Shown piece by piece: positions 27,804-37,531 of a stretch of 64,000 nucleotides of DNA. The notes under the pieces are model-generated. The model made no database searches, was not told the DNA's origin, and saw only the letters and a program-made list of their open reading frames with translations. Source of the stretch: a virus (taxonomy: Duplodnaviria > Caudoviricetes). Location: positions 7,557 to 71,556 of the IMG/VR virus record IMGVR_UViG_3300027887_000011, one strand, 5' to 3'. Position 1 is the first letter of the stretch, and every line of letters begins with the position of its first letter. The translations under genes were made by a program, and so were the position numbers.

Positions 27804-29007
27804 AATATACAAGGAACGTATTACATGTCGCCTATGTGGAAATTCTCTAGAAACTGTTCTAGATCTAGGCAATATATATTTGAATGACTTCGTGGACGAA
27901 GGAAAAGAAATTGTTTCAGCACCACTAACTCTGGTAAAGTGTACATCCTGCGAACTTGTACAGTTGAAGCATACTCCAGATCTTGATCTTCTTTATCGCC
28001 AATACTGGTATCAATCCAGTCTTAACAAGAGTATGATCGCTGCCCTTCAGGATATCGTAGATAATATCGAAAAACGCGTTACCCTTTATCCGGGAGATAC
28101 TGTTATTGATATTGGCTGTAATGATGGGACTATGTTAGGACAGTATCATAATCCAAACCTAGTGCGAATCGGATTCGATCCGGCATTGAATCTTGCCGAA
28201 AAAGCAAAAAAGCATTGTGACTTTTTCTATAACACATACTTTGGAGATGTCTCTATCTATACACCCCCGGCAAAGGTTATCACCTCAATTGCCATGTTCT
28301 ATGATCTAGAGGATCCCCATACATTCATTGAGCTAGTGAAACGTTCTCTTGCTCCAGACGGTATCTGGGTTATTCAGTTTACAGATCTTCTCTCCATGTT
28401 CAAAATCAATGCATTTGATAATGTCTGCCACGAACATCTGGAATACTACTCATTTAAAGTTCTTCGTAATCTTATGTATCATCATGGACTGGAGATCTTT
28501 GATGTATCAACAAATGATGTTAACGGTGGAAGCATTCGGGCCTATATTGCTTGGAAGGGTGCTCGTACTGTAGAGACCTCCGTGTATAATCTGATTAACG
28601 AAGAAGCTAGCTATATGATTTCTTTTGAAGATCCATTCAAAGCATTTGCAGACCGAGTTCAAAAGATTAAGGACTTTGTCGTAGGCTTTATTAAAGAACA
28701 AAATGCGGCAGGAAAGACTGTAGCTGCTATGGGAGCATCAACAAAAGGAAATACTCTTCTACAGTATTTTGGCCTTACAAGTGAATATATTAAATATGCG
28801 GGAGAGGTAAACGCCGATAAATTTGGTAAGAAAACTGTAGCTACGAACATCCCAATTATTTCTGAAGCCGATGCCGTTGCTCAGAAGCCGGATTACTTTC
28901 TGCTTCTACCGTGGCATTTCAAAAAAGGTATTCTTACAAAGAATCAAGCATATAGGGATGCCGGCGGTAAGTTTATTATTCCATGTCCAGAACCTGAGGT
29001 TATTTAA
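27793..29007 (+). CDS. NDP-sugar C-methyltransferase
   Basis: CRLCG/CTSC Zn site, DIGCNDG, CHEHLEYYS, NGGSIR, GASTKGNTLL, LLPWHF. Confidence 0.88.
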   Translation: MENKIYKERITCRLCGNSLETVLDLGNIYLNDFVDEGKEIVSAPLTLVKCTSCELVQLKHTPDLDLLYRQYWYQSSLNKSMIAALQDIVDNIEKRVTLYPGDTVIDIGCNDGTMLGQYHNPNLVRIGFDPALNLAEKAKKHCDFFYNTYFGDVSIYTPPAKVITSIAMFYDLEDPHTFIELVKRSLAPDGIWVIQFTDLLSMFKINAFDNVCHEHLEYYSFKVLRNLMYHHGLEIFDVSTNDVNGGSIRAYIAWKGARTVETSVYNLINEEASYMISFEDPFKAFADRVQKIKDFVVGFIKEQNAAGKTVAAMGASTKGNTLLQYFGLTSEYIKYAGEVNADKFGKKTVATNIPIISEADAVAQKPDYFLLLPWHFKKGILTKNQAYRDAGGKFIIPCPEPEVI

Positions 29008-29630
29008 TGTATAGTGATAGCGAATTTGATTCAGCTAAATTTGTGACTCAATTTATAAGTATGGCTAGTGGTATTTATGTCGATGTTGGGGCAGGATTTC
29101 CCGAGCACGGCTATACCGCACATACGTTATTTAGAAATACACCGAATTGGCGTATCATCGCTATCGAGGCTAATCCCGAAATGTGTAAACAATATAGGGG
29201 ACGAGGCTATGAAATTTATGAATATGCAGCAACAGATTCTGATTTGGGCAGGGTATCTTTTGACATTTATACTTCTCATGAGGGATTAGGCGGCTCTTGT
29301 ATAACCAGTCAAAATGTACAACATATGGGCGAGGATAGAACTCGCTGTATAAATATTGGCTTTCTCAGAAGTATAGAAGTTACTGCTCTTACGTTGAATA
29401 CTATTTTAGCAACACACTGTCCTGAAGTTACTCATATCAATGTTCTAAATGTAGATGTAGAATATTCGGAATTACAGGTTTTACGGGGACTGGATTTCGA
29501 AAAATATAGCCCTGATATAATGATCATCGAATGTTTAGGTAATAACCCTGCATATCAGGATTATTTTGATCAGCTAGGTTACAAGGTCGTGGCCCAAGCA
29601 GGGCCAAACAAAATCTTAATAAGGAAATAA
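29007..29630 (+). CDS. FkbM-family methyltransferase
   Basis: YVDVGAG, IEANP, LNVDVEYSELQVL. Confidence 0.8.
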   Translation: MYSDSEFDSAKFVTQFISMASGIYVDVGAGFPEHGYTAHTLFRNTPNWRIIAIEANPEMCKQYRGRGYEIYEYAATDSDLGRVSFDIYTSHEGLGGSCITSQNVQHMGEDRTRCINIGFLRSIEVTALTLNTILATHCPEVTHINVLNVDVEYSELQVLRGLDFEKYSPDIMIIECLGNNPAYQDYFDQLGYKVVAQAGPNKILIRK

Positions 29631-30544
29631 TGGATACTGTATTCTTCATAAATCATATACAAAAACAATGTGGTGTATACCAATTTGGCTATCACATTGG
29701 AACAGTTATATCAAAGTCTACAAACTTCGATATTAAATATCTGGAGTGTAGCTCCGTTGCGGAATTACGTCAGCACATTTCGGCGCATTTACCCAAGACT
29801 ATTATCTATAATTTCTATCCAAGTACTCTTGGGTGGTGTGTTAGTATGCCGGCGTTACACCCCGAAATTCGGCATATATTGATTCGCCACGAACCTGAAC
29901 CCTGGGGCCTTCCTGCAGGATTTGAAGAGATATATCCGGATCCAACAGAACCAGAAATTCCGGGGAAATGGAAAACTGGAAGACTTGTAAAGCCGTATGA
30001 TAATAAGTATCCAACTCCAGAGATCCCGACATTCGGAAGCTTTGGCTTTGTCTTTGGAAAAAGCTTTGGCTGGGTGATACAGTTAGTAGAAAAAGAATAT
30101 GATCAGGCTATTGTAAATCTACATATACCTGCAGCACATTTTGGAGATTCCGATGGAGCTGGGGCACGAAAAGCAGCCGCCGAAGCGAGAAGCTATGTAA
30201 CAAAACCTGGTATACAGCTAAACATCACTCATGACTTTCTAAGCCCCGACGATCTTATCGAATTCCTTGCAAAGAATTCGCTGAATATATTCTGCTATGA
30301 TATAAATTGGGGACGAGGTATTTCAAGTACCATAGATTACGCTCTTACCGCCAGGCGGCCGATTGCTATAACAGATTCCCGTCAATTTAAACATCTGGAT
30401 GGAATAAAGAATCTGCTATGTATTCCGACGTATACAACTATAAAAGCTATTTTAGAACGCGGTATATCTCCTTTGCGTATCTATCAACAAGCGTGGGCTC
30501 CAGAAAATCTATTGAAATCGTATGAAAGGATTCTCCGTGGTTAA
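29630..30544 (+). CDS. GT-B-like putative glycosyltransferase (paralogue A)
   Basis: FGSFGF, GISSTIDYALTARRPIAIT; resembles the nucleotide-binding half of GT-B enzymes. Confidence 0.55.
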   Translation: MDTVFFINHIQKQCGVYQFGYHIGTVISKSTNFDIKYLECSSVAELRQHISAHLPKTIIYNFYPSTLGWCVSMPALHPEIRHILIRHEPEPWGLPAGFEEIYPDPTEPEIPGKWKTGRLVKPYDNKYPTPEIPTFGSFGFVFGKSFGWVIQLVEKEYDQAIVNLHIPAAHFGDSDGAGARKAAAEARSYVTKPGIQLNITHDFLSPDDLIEFLAKNSLNIFCYDINWGRGISSTIDYALTARRPIAITDSRQFKHLDGIKNLLCIPTYTTIKAILERGISPLRIYQQAWAPENLLKSYERILRG

Positions 30545-31424
30545 AGTAATGTTTGTTAATAACGTGCCCGATGCATGCGGCGTGAAACAGTTTGGCCTAC
30601 GAGTTTATGATGTCCTCTCGAAGTCCACAAAGTTCAAAACACAATTAGCTGCATGTTATAATGCGGATGATCTTATCCGGGAGGGTCGAAATACCGATGC
30701 TGACACCATACTCTATAATTTTCATTCTCTTACTATTCCTTGGGCTAATGATGAATTCCTAGCACAGCATCCTAATAAGCGTCATATAGCCATCGTTCAT
30801 GAGCCAGGAATGGTAGTATCAAAAAGAATGAATCGTGTGATTCCTCAGGATACATTGCCTCGAGTACTATCAGAATGTCCAGATACTTATGTGGATCGGG
30901 GAGTTCCGGTCATAGGTTCTTTCGGCTTTGCATCATGGCATAAAGGGTTCCATAACCTTATTCTTAAAATACAGAATGAATTTGATGAGGCTATTTTTAG
31001 ACTTCACGTCCCCGCCTCATTTTATTGTTATGACGAGAACCAGTCTCCTAGGAAGATCATAGATGAATGCCATAAGCGCATAACTAAGCCTGGGATAAGT
31101 ATTGAAGCAGATACTGATTTCTTTACTGAGACGGAGTTACTGGAATGGCTTAACAAGAATACATTAAATGCATTTCATTATGAACCTCTTCCATATGATC
31201 CAGGAATTAGTAGTGTAGTTGACTACGCGCTAAGTGCCAGACGTCCGCTAGCTATTACAAAATCTCCTATGTTTAGGCATCTTGTAGGAGCTACCCCTTC
31301 GATTTGTATGGAGGATAATTCACTGAAGACTATTATCGAGAACGGCTTAACACCCTTATATCCTTTCTATGATAGATGGTCTGTTGAAAATGCGGTCAAA
31401 TATTGGGAGGATGTTCTGTGTTAA
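30537..31424 (+). CDS. GT-B-like putative glycosyltransferase (paralogue B)
   Basis: IGSFGF, GISSVVDYALSARRPLAIT; GTG start 30537 chosen by alignment with paralogue A. Confidence 0.55.
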   Translation: MVKVMFVNNVPDACGVKQFGLRVYDVLSKSTKFKTQLAACYNADDLIREGRNTDADTILYNFHSLTIPWANDEFLAQHPNKRHIAIVHEPGMVVSKRMNRVIPQDTLPRVLSECPDTYVDRGVPVIGSFGFASWHKGFHNLILKIQNEFDEAIFRLHVPASFYCYDENQSPRKIIDECHKRITKPGISIEADTDFFTETELLEWLNKNTLNAFHYEPLPYDPGISSVVDYALSARRPLAITKSPMFRHLVGATPSICMEDNSLKTIIENGLTPLYPFYDRWSVENAVKYWEDVLC

Positions 31425-32218
31425 AAGTTGATATCGTTATGCAGGGCCCCATCTGGAGCAAGACATACACAACTGCAGAATCGTATTTAACTCTAGCGTG
31501 GGTAAATCGAGTTATTATATCCACCTGGGAAGGACAAAAATCCTGGGATACAAACTATCGTATCTCAGTAATAAAATCAAAAGATGTAACGAATCCCGGA
31601 GGAAATAATCGTAACAGACAGCTCTTTTCATCACAGATAGGGGTTAATGTTTGTACTGCCGATCTGATTATGAAGACTCGCACAGACCAACAAATTGATA
31701 TACCAAGTATGAAGAAGATGTATGATTACTTTATGAAGCATTATAAAATTGATAAGAAATTTCTCGATGGGACAGGCCCCAAGGGAGCAATTTTTACTAT
31801 TGGCTTATACTCGGGCTACGTGTTCCATCCCCAAGACCATCTCTTCCTGGGATTTCGAGAGGATATACAAAAGCTTTTTGATCTTCCATTAGACCCAGAT
31901 GTTCCACCAGATCCAAAGAATCCTACAGATTTATATGGAAGTTCTTTTACACATAATGCTACTAGACCCAATGCTTATCTAGGGATGTATTACTATGCCA
32001 GATTTGATGAGCAGATTAAATACATGGTAGAGCATTATAGGGACTTTATCGTAGATCAGGCGCCAGGGAGGGCAGAAGCATTTGCAGCAGAAGCTCCGTA
32101 TCGAGATGTGATCTTTAAAGCATTTCCTCGTATAAATTTGTGGTGGGAAAAATATAATCAACCTTATCCGTATGAAGTGGGTCATGGATATTCAGAATAT
32201 TGTGGAAAGGAATGGTAA
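31418..32218 (+). CDS. WavE-like protein
   Basis: DIVMQGPI, IISTWEG, KTRTDQ, FHPQDHLFLG; GGAGG before GTG 31418. Confidence 0.65.
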   Translation: MLKVDIVMQGPIWSKTYTTAESYLTLAWVNRVIISTWEGQKSWDTNYRISVIKSKDVTNPGGNNRNRQLFSSQIGVNVCTADLIMKTRTDQQIDIPSMKKMYDYFMKHYKIDKKFLDGTGPKGAIFTIGLYSGYVFHPQDHLFLGFREDIQKLFDLPLDPDVPPDPKNPTDLYGSSFTHNATRPNAYLGMYYYARFDEQIKYMVEHYRDFIVDQAPGRAEAFAAEAPYRDVIFKAFPRINLWWEKYNQPYPYEVGHGYSEYCGKEW

Positions 32219-32898
32219 TGAAAGTCGCATTGATTTTTAGAGGTAAGTGCACAAAGATTAGTAACGCACTAAAGAGCGCTGGCCAGACAGTTAGTGGGCT
32301 TGATTGCTTCCATAATTGGAACGGTGTTATGCTAGAAGATCTAAAGGCTCACAACATTCCATACGATGTAATTTTGATATCCTATCCATCACAGCATCTT
32401 ACAGAACTGTCTGAAAAAATGGGTGCAAAGGAAGTTATAACCGGTGGTTATTCTGATCAAGTACAGAATTTACGTTATGTCGCTAATTATATGGTAGCTC
32501 ACAAAGACGAATACGATATCTTTGTTCTATCAAGATTCGACTTTAAATATAAGCGTAGAATCACAACCTGGCCTCTATGGGGTTCTCCAAACGTTGTTCT
32601 TACAGGACGAGATATTGCCTGGCCCTCGAACCGCCTCTACCATGATTTTCTATTTGTAGTAGGAGCCCCCTCTGCCTCATTCTTTAAAACAGCAGCTGAT
32701 AATGCAACGGCTAATGGGCATGAGATTGGTAGAAATCTCTATAATATGAAAGCTCCAATGGAGATTATGTATAGAGATTATTATCATGCGACACCACACC
32801 CGCTACTATCGTGCATTGATTGTGAAGATGAGCCAGATCTAGATAACCCGCTACATGCGGATCCATGTTATCCAGATGGCTGGGACAGGGAGTATTAA
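32218..32898 (+). CDS. putative GT-A-like transferase
   Basis: KVALIFRG, YDIFVLSRFDF, DFLFV; sits in the glycan cluster. Confidence 0.45.
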   Translation: MKVALIFRGKCTKISNALKSAGQTVSGLDCFHNWNGVMLEDLKAHNIPYDVILISYPSQHLTELSEKMGAKEVITGGYSDQVQNLRYVANYMVAHKDEYDIFVLSRFDFKYKRRITTWPLWGSPNVVLTGRDIAWPSNRLYHDFLFVVGAPSASFFKTAADNATANGHEIGRNLYNMKAPMEIMYRDYYHATPHPLLSCIDCEDEPDLDNPLHADPCYPDGWDREY

Positions 32899-33623
32899 TG
32901 AACATTCTAATTCCAATGGCAGGCCGTGGAGACCGTTTTAGAAATGGTGGTTATGCTAATACTAAGCCTCTCATAGACATAGCTGGGCAACCCATGATAC
33001 AGAGGGCTGTAGAATCTGTAGGATTGCCTGGCCAGTATATCTTCATTGTTAGTAAAATAGATAACCAGATAGAAGAAGTGAAGGCTTTATTGAAGACCAT
33101 TACACATAAGCCCATCATCATCGAGATTGATTTTGTAACAGATGGTCCAGCTAGCTCTTGTTTGTTAGCAAAAGAATATATCAATAATGATACTCCCCTG
33201 GTTATAATGAACTGTGATCAAATTATGAAATGGAATAGCAGGGTTTTTTATGCTACCATTTCTGTCACTACATTAGATGGTTTAGTAGTCACCTACAACA
33301 CAAACATTGGGAAGAACAGTTATGTAAGATTAGATGAACAAGGTTTTGCTACTGAGTTCGCTGAAAAGAGGGTTATTAGTCCCTATTCTCTCAATGGCAT
33401 TCATTTCTGGAAAAAGGGTTCAGACTTTGTATATTCCGCGGAACGAATGATCGAAAAAAATCTCAGGACTAATAACGAATTCTATGTATCTACAACCTAT
33501 AATGAGTTGATCGAAGATGGAAAGAAGATCGGTATCTACGATATACCTCCATCTGAACATTGGGCAGTAGGAACGCCAGAAGATTTAGAGCGGTATATGA
33601 GGTTGAATCATGGAAGTCTATAA
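32898..33623 (+). CDS. sugar-phosphate nucleotidyltransferase
   Basis: ILIPMAGRGDRF...TKPLIDI, TDGPA, MNCDQ, AEK, NEFYVS..YN, GTPEDL. Confidence 0.85.
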   Translation: MNILIPMAGRGDRFRNGGYANTKPLIDIAGQPMIQRAVESVGLPGQYIFIVSKIDNQIEEVKALLKTITHKPIIIEIDFVTDGPASSCLLAKEYINNDTPLVIMNCDQIMKWNSRVFYATISVTTLDGLVVTYNTNIGKNSYVRLDEQGFATEFAEKRVISPYSLNGIHFWKKGSDFVYSAERMIEKNLRTNNEFYVSTTYNELIEDGKKIGIYDIPPSEHWAVGTPEDLERYMRLNHGSL

Positions 33624-33930
33624 ACTCGATGACTACAATGGTGGCTGGTTCATAGGTAACTTTGATCCCAGTGTCTTCAAGACTGATGCTTTTGAAGTAT
33701 GCTTTAAGAAACATAAAAAAGGAGAAAAGTGGAACACCCATTATCACAAGTTAGGTACGGAGATTAACTACCTTATACGGGGTACTATGACGATACAGGG
33801 TGTCACGCTTTCTGCTGGAAATGTTTTCGTACTAAAACCGATGGAAGTTTCCGATCCCATTTTCCTCGAGGATTGCGAACTGATAGTTGTTAAGACCCCG
33901 TCTATACCAGGAGATAAGTATGATCTTTAG
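33610..33930 (+). CDS. cupin-domain protein
   Basis: GWFIGNF, THYHK..TEIN, LIVVKTPS..GDKY. Confidence 0.7.
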   Translation: MEVYKLDDYNGGWFIGNFDPSVFKTDAFEVCFKKHKKGEKWNTHYHKLGTEINYLIRGTMTIQGVTLSAGNVFVLKPMEVSDPIFLEDCELIVVKTPSIPGDKYDL

Positions 33931-35095
33931 AAACGAGATAGATCCCGACAAGTATATCATTGTAAAGTATTATCTGCAGGCACGTACCAATCTAAGAGAT
34001 TCCTCCTGGGAACTGGCAATTGGTCAAAGTGTAGGGAATCCGAATACGAGAAGTCGTTGGGAAACAGACGCTCTCTTCGAGAACCATTCCTGTATTGTAA
34101 AGGGTTCCGAAACGGAATTAGAGAGAAGGGGCAGTGGAATTGTTGAAATAGGGTTTCCGGTCGTGAATATAGATTGGGATACAGATGGTATCTCCCAGTT
34201 CCTCTGTTTTATCATGGGCGGGCAGACAGACATAGACAATACACTGGCTTGTCATGTGCTGGATGTTACCTTCCCCAAGAGTATTGAGACGAAGTTCCTT
34301 AAGCCATCCTTTGGACTGAGTGGCTTCAGGAAGTTTACCGGAGTCTATGATAAGCCACTCTTTGGGGGAATCATCAAGCCAAAGACGGGTATCTCCAGCG
34401 ACACCCTCCTTAATATGGTAAAGGAAATGGTCGAGGGAGGGGTTAACTTTATCAAAGAGGACGAGATTCTATCCAACCCAGCCTTCTGTCGTATCGAAGA
34501 ACGGGTTCCGAAGATTATGAAGTACCTGGAGGGAAAATCTGTTATCTATTCGGTATGTATTAATGCGGATCATGCCTATATTCTAGACAGGGTAAAGAGG
34601 GTTCATGAGCTGGGAGGAAACAGCGTTCATGTGAATTTCTGGGCCGGCCTGGGAGTTTATAAGTCCATTCGAGAACTTAATCTGCCTATCTTTCTTCATG
34701 TTCAGAAAAGTGGCTCCAAGATACTAACACATGTCGACAATAAGTTTAGAATTAGTTGGTATGTATTTTGTAAGCTATGTGCGGTAATGGGAGTAGATTC
34801 TATTCATGCAGGTATGCTTGGTGGATACTCCGACGACAATCCGGAGGAGATGAAGAGTGTTATGGAAATGCTTTTATCCTATGATGTCACTCCAGTATTG
34901 AGCTGTGGAATGAATCCAGGCTTGGTGGGATATGTGAATGAAAGAATAGGAACGAACTATATGGCTAACGTGGGAGGAGCTCTTCACGGCCATCCTTCTG
35001 GAACCTATTCCGGGTGCCTAGCGATGCGCCAAGCAATTGATGGGAATTATGGAAAGGAATATGAGGAAGCTATAAAGAAATGGGGGAAAAGATAA
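33920..35095 (+). CDS. RuBisCO-like protein (form IV-type)
   Basis: GGIIKPKTG, FIKEDE, DSIHAG, PVLSCG, GGALHGHPSG...AMRQA. Lacks the E60, N123, H294 and K334 equivalents of true RuBisCO. AGGAG before ATG 33920. Confidence 0.9.
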   Translation: MIFRNEIDPDKYIIVKYYLQARTNLRDSSWELAIGQSVGNPNTRSRWETDALFENHSCIVKGSETELERRGSGIVEIGFPVVNIDWDTDGISQFLCFIMGGQTDIDNTLACHVLDVTFPKSIETKFLKPSFGLSGFRKFTGVYDKPLFGGIIKPKTGISSDTLLNMVKEMVEGGVNFIKEDEILSNPAFCRIEERVPKIMKYLEGKSVIYSVCINADHAYILDRVKRVHELGGNSVHVNFWAGLGVYKSIRELNLPIFLHVQKSGSKILTHVDNKFRISWYVFCKLCAVMGVDSIHAGMLGGYSDDNPEEMKSVMEMLLSYDVTPVLSCGMNPGLVGYVNERIGTNYMANVGGALHGHPSGTYSGCLAMRQAIDGNYGKEYEEAIKKWGKR

Positions 35096-35739
35096 TGGTT
35101 TTGAATATAAATAATCATGTGGTTGAGGTGACGGAGCAACCAACTGATATACGAGGATTGAAATTTCGTCCTCAGATGAGATACCATGATAATGATGCAG
35201 ATTGGTCTATCTTTACAAAACCTTGTCCGCGGGAAGTGTCACCTGCTGATCATTCTGTAGTTGAAGAAGCGATTAAAGATCATATGACACATGCTATTGT
35301 CGAGATCGGAGTTGGTGGCATTCACAGGCCACTAGAGGGATCATTCACAGAATTGTTATTGGCCAAGAAGCCGGACGAGATTCCCTATTTAGGTATAGAC
35401 TGTGAAGATAAGACATATTTACGAAATGAAGCAAAGAAGGTATTCACGGTGACAGCATTCTCTAATGAACAGCAGAAGATTAGGGAATGTATGAAATCCA
35501 TTGGTATTGAGGAAATATCGATTCTCTTTATTGATGGATTTCATTCCGTGAATGCCGTAATTAACGATTGGCAATACACAGATATGTTGGCAGATGGCGG
35601 AATCGTGATATTTCACGATACCAATTATCATCCCGGTCCCAAGGTGTTCATTCATGCCATAGACGAGCAACTATATAGGATAGAACGCTGCTGCCAAGAG
35701 GTAGATGATTATGGAGTGGCAATAGCCTATAAACTATGA
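35095..35739 (+). CDS. class I SAM methyltransferase (Methyltransf_24-like)
   Basis: IVEIGVG, LFIDGFHS, IVIFHDTN. Confidence 0.75.
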   Translation: MVLNINNHVVEVTEQPTDIRGLKFRPQMRYHDNDADWSIFTKPCPREVSPADHSVVEEAIKDHMTHAIVEIGVGGIHRPLEGSFTELLLAKKPDEIPYLGIDCEDKTYLRNEAKKVFTVTAFSNEQQKIRECMKSIGIEEISILFIDGFHSVNAVINDWQYTDMLADGGIVIFHDTNYHPGPKVFIHAIDEQLYRIERCCQEVDDYGVAIAYKL

Positions 35740-35845
35740 TAACTATTCCCAAAGATTCAAAGCAGCTTGCAGATATATTCTTTCCGCTATTTCTCCTGAG
35801 CATCTTGGTAGATTTGAGAAGAAATTATACTTTATTGGAGAAAAT

Positions 35846-36400
35846 ATGTTAGGCGAAATTAATGAGCGTGGAGAATTACATAAATTAATCAACTTTCTTG
35901 GCCTGAAGACCGGTGTTGAGGTAGGAGTTCAGAAGGCGGAGTATTCTAAATATCTTCTGGATAATACCAAACTCTTTCTTTATCTTGTTGATGTGTGGCA
36001 AGAGCAGACGGGTTATATGGATCCCGCAAATGTTTCAACAGCTAAGCAGGAAGGTTATATGCAAGAAGCTATTGAGCGTTTAAAACCGCATGAGGGTCGC
36101 TATCAAATAATTCGTAAATTCTCTGTCGATGCCGCACAGGATATTGCCGACGAATCGCTTGATTTTATATACATCGATGCAATGCATACCTGGAAAGCTG
36201 TTACCGCAGATCTTAATGCCTGGTATCCAAAGCTTAGGAAGGGCGGCCTAATGTCTGGCCATGATTTTTTCAATGACTACGGAAGTTATCATCAGATGTG
36301 TTTTGAAGTCAAGAATGCTGTCTTAGAATTCATAGAAGGAAAAGATATAACATTATATGTCACTCAGGAAGGGTTTCCATCATGGTATTGGGTAAAATGA
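35846..36400 (+). CDS. class I SAM methyltransferase (Methyltransf_24-like)
   Basis: GVEVGV, DFIYIDAMH, GGLMSGHD. Confidence 0.8.
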   Translation: MLGEINERGELHKLINFLGLKTGVEVGVQKAEYSKYLLDNTKLFLYLVDVWQEQTGYMDPANVSTAKQEGYMQEAIERLKPHEGRYQIIRKFSVDAAQDIADESLDFIYIDAMHTWKAVTADLNAWYPKLRKGGLMSGHDFFNDYGSYHQMCFEVKNAVLEFIEGKDITLYVTQEGFPSWYWVK

Positions 36401-36864
36401 TACTAATCTCCCATAGGGGCAATATTACAGGACGGGATATTGAAAAAGAAAATTCCCCCGCTTATATTCTCTCTGCTTTGGAAGCAGGCTTTGAGGTGGA
36501 GACTGATGTATTCTATATAGCAGGTGGATTGTATTTAGGCCATAACTCTCCTTGTTATCCCGTGGAGCTCGAGTTTCTAAAGCATGAACATTTATGGTGC
36601 CATGCAAAGACTCCAGAAACACTTATCTATCTAAGAGCTCGGCCCGAGATACATAGTTTTTATCACGATATGGATACGTGCACACTAACCTCAAAGGGAT
36701 TTATTTGGACGTTTAACGGAAATCTTCTCGCGAACACGATCTGTGTGTTACCGGAGAAATACTTCGAGCCAGAAGAACTAAAGATCTGTACAGGAATATG
36801 CAGCGATACTATACTAACATACAAAGGACATTATGAGAAAATCGATTCTAATTATCAACTATGA
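36397..36864 (+). CDS. truncated GDPD/PLC-like phosphodiesterase-fold protein
   Basis: LISHRGN, ENSP.YI..AL..GFEVETDV, YLGHN, LWCHAK, GICSD. Confidence 0.7.
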   Translation: MILISHRGNITGRDIEKENSPAYILSALEAGFEVETDVFYIAGGLYLGHNSPCYPVELEFLKHEHLWCHAKTPETLIYLRARPEIHSFYHDMDTCTLTSKGFIWTFNGNLLANTICVLPEKYFEPEELKICTGICSDTILTYKGHYEKIDSNYQL

Positions 36865-37531
36865 AACCGAGGGTATCAATCCTCGTCTATGTGCTAATAG
36901 CAGAGCCTCTGTTATGGCCGCGTGCGAGCGATGGGGGTGTGATTTTATAGAGATCAATCATTCTAATACCAAACTTACATTAGCCCCGGCAGCTGAAAAA
37001 ACAAAGCTCTTTAATGAGATCGAAGGTGAACATGTTCTTGTATTGGATAGCGATGTTGTTATAAACTCTACAGCTCCAAGTCCATTCGAAGTTTTTCCAG
37101 AAGACTGTATGACCGTTATTCAAAATGCCACTCCTCGTCATGGTCAATATGGTATTGTTAAACAAATTGAACGAGAGGAATGGTCTAAAGTTGAGGGGGA
37201 ATATGGCCCAGTTGAATATGTACCCGAGCATTATTTTAATACTGGTGTAATGCTTGTGAGAAAGGATCTCCATACGGAAGTCTTTAAAATGGCTAAGGAA
37301 ATTCATCAAGGATTGTCTGTAAAAAACATCGGTCTAAATTGGTGTGACCAGACGCCTATAAACTACGCTACCAAGAAGCTGGGTATCAAAATGAATTATG
37401 CAGGAGATGAATGGAACTATGTCCTTCCTTCTGATCTTGGTCCTGACTGGTTACAAATGAAAGCCCACATTTATCACCTGGCTGGAATGCCGGCACGTAA
37501 TGAATTGTTACCGAGGATTTTGTGGAAATGA
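36833..37531 (+). CDS. GT8-like glycosyltransferase
   Basis: LVLDSDVVI, YFNTGVML, DQTPINY, WNY, IYHLAG. Confidence 0.75.
   Translation: MRKSILIINYETEGINPRLCANSRASVMAACERWGCDFIEINHSNTKLTLAPAAEKTKLFNEIEGEHVLVLDSDVVINSTAPSPFEVFPEDCMTVIQNATPRHGQYGIVKQIEREEWSKVEGEYGPVEYVPEHYFNTGVMLVRKDLHTEVFKMAKEIHQGLSVKNIGLNWCDQTPINYATKKLGIKMNYAGDEWNYVLPSDLGPDWLQMKAHIYHLAGMPARNELLPRILWK

Noticed and set aside
34200-34700. Apparent GC rise in the RLP gene as evidence of recent transfer
   Set aside because: Impression by eye only; needs a sliding-window GC and codon-usage computation.
33920-35095. Carbon-fixing RuBisCO as an auxiliary metabolic gene
   Set aside because: E60, N123, H294/R295 and K334 equivalents are substituted, there is no small subunit or PRK, and the context is sugar-nucleotide synthesis.
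35736-35852. 38-aa ORF or frameshifted N-terminal extension of the 35846 methyltransferase
   Set aside because: No slippery site or SD support, and GGAG precedes ATG 35846; treated as a spacer.
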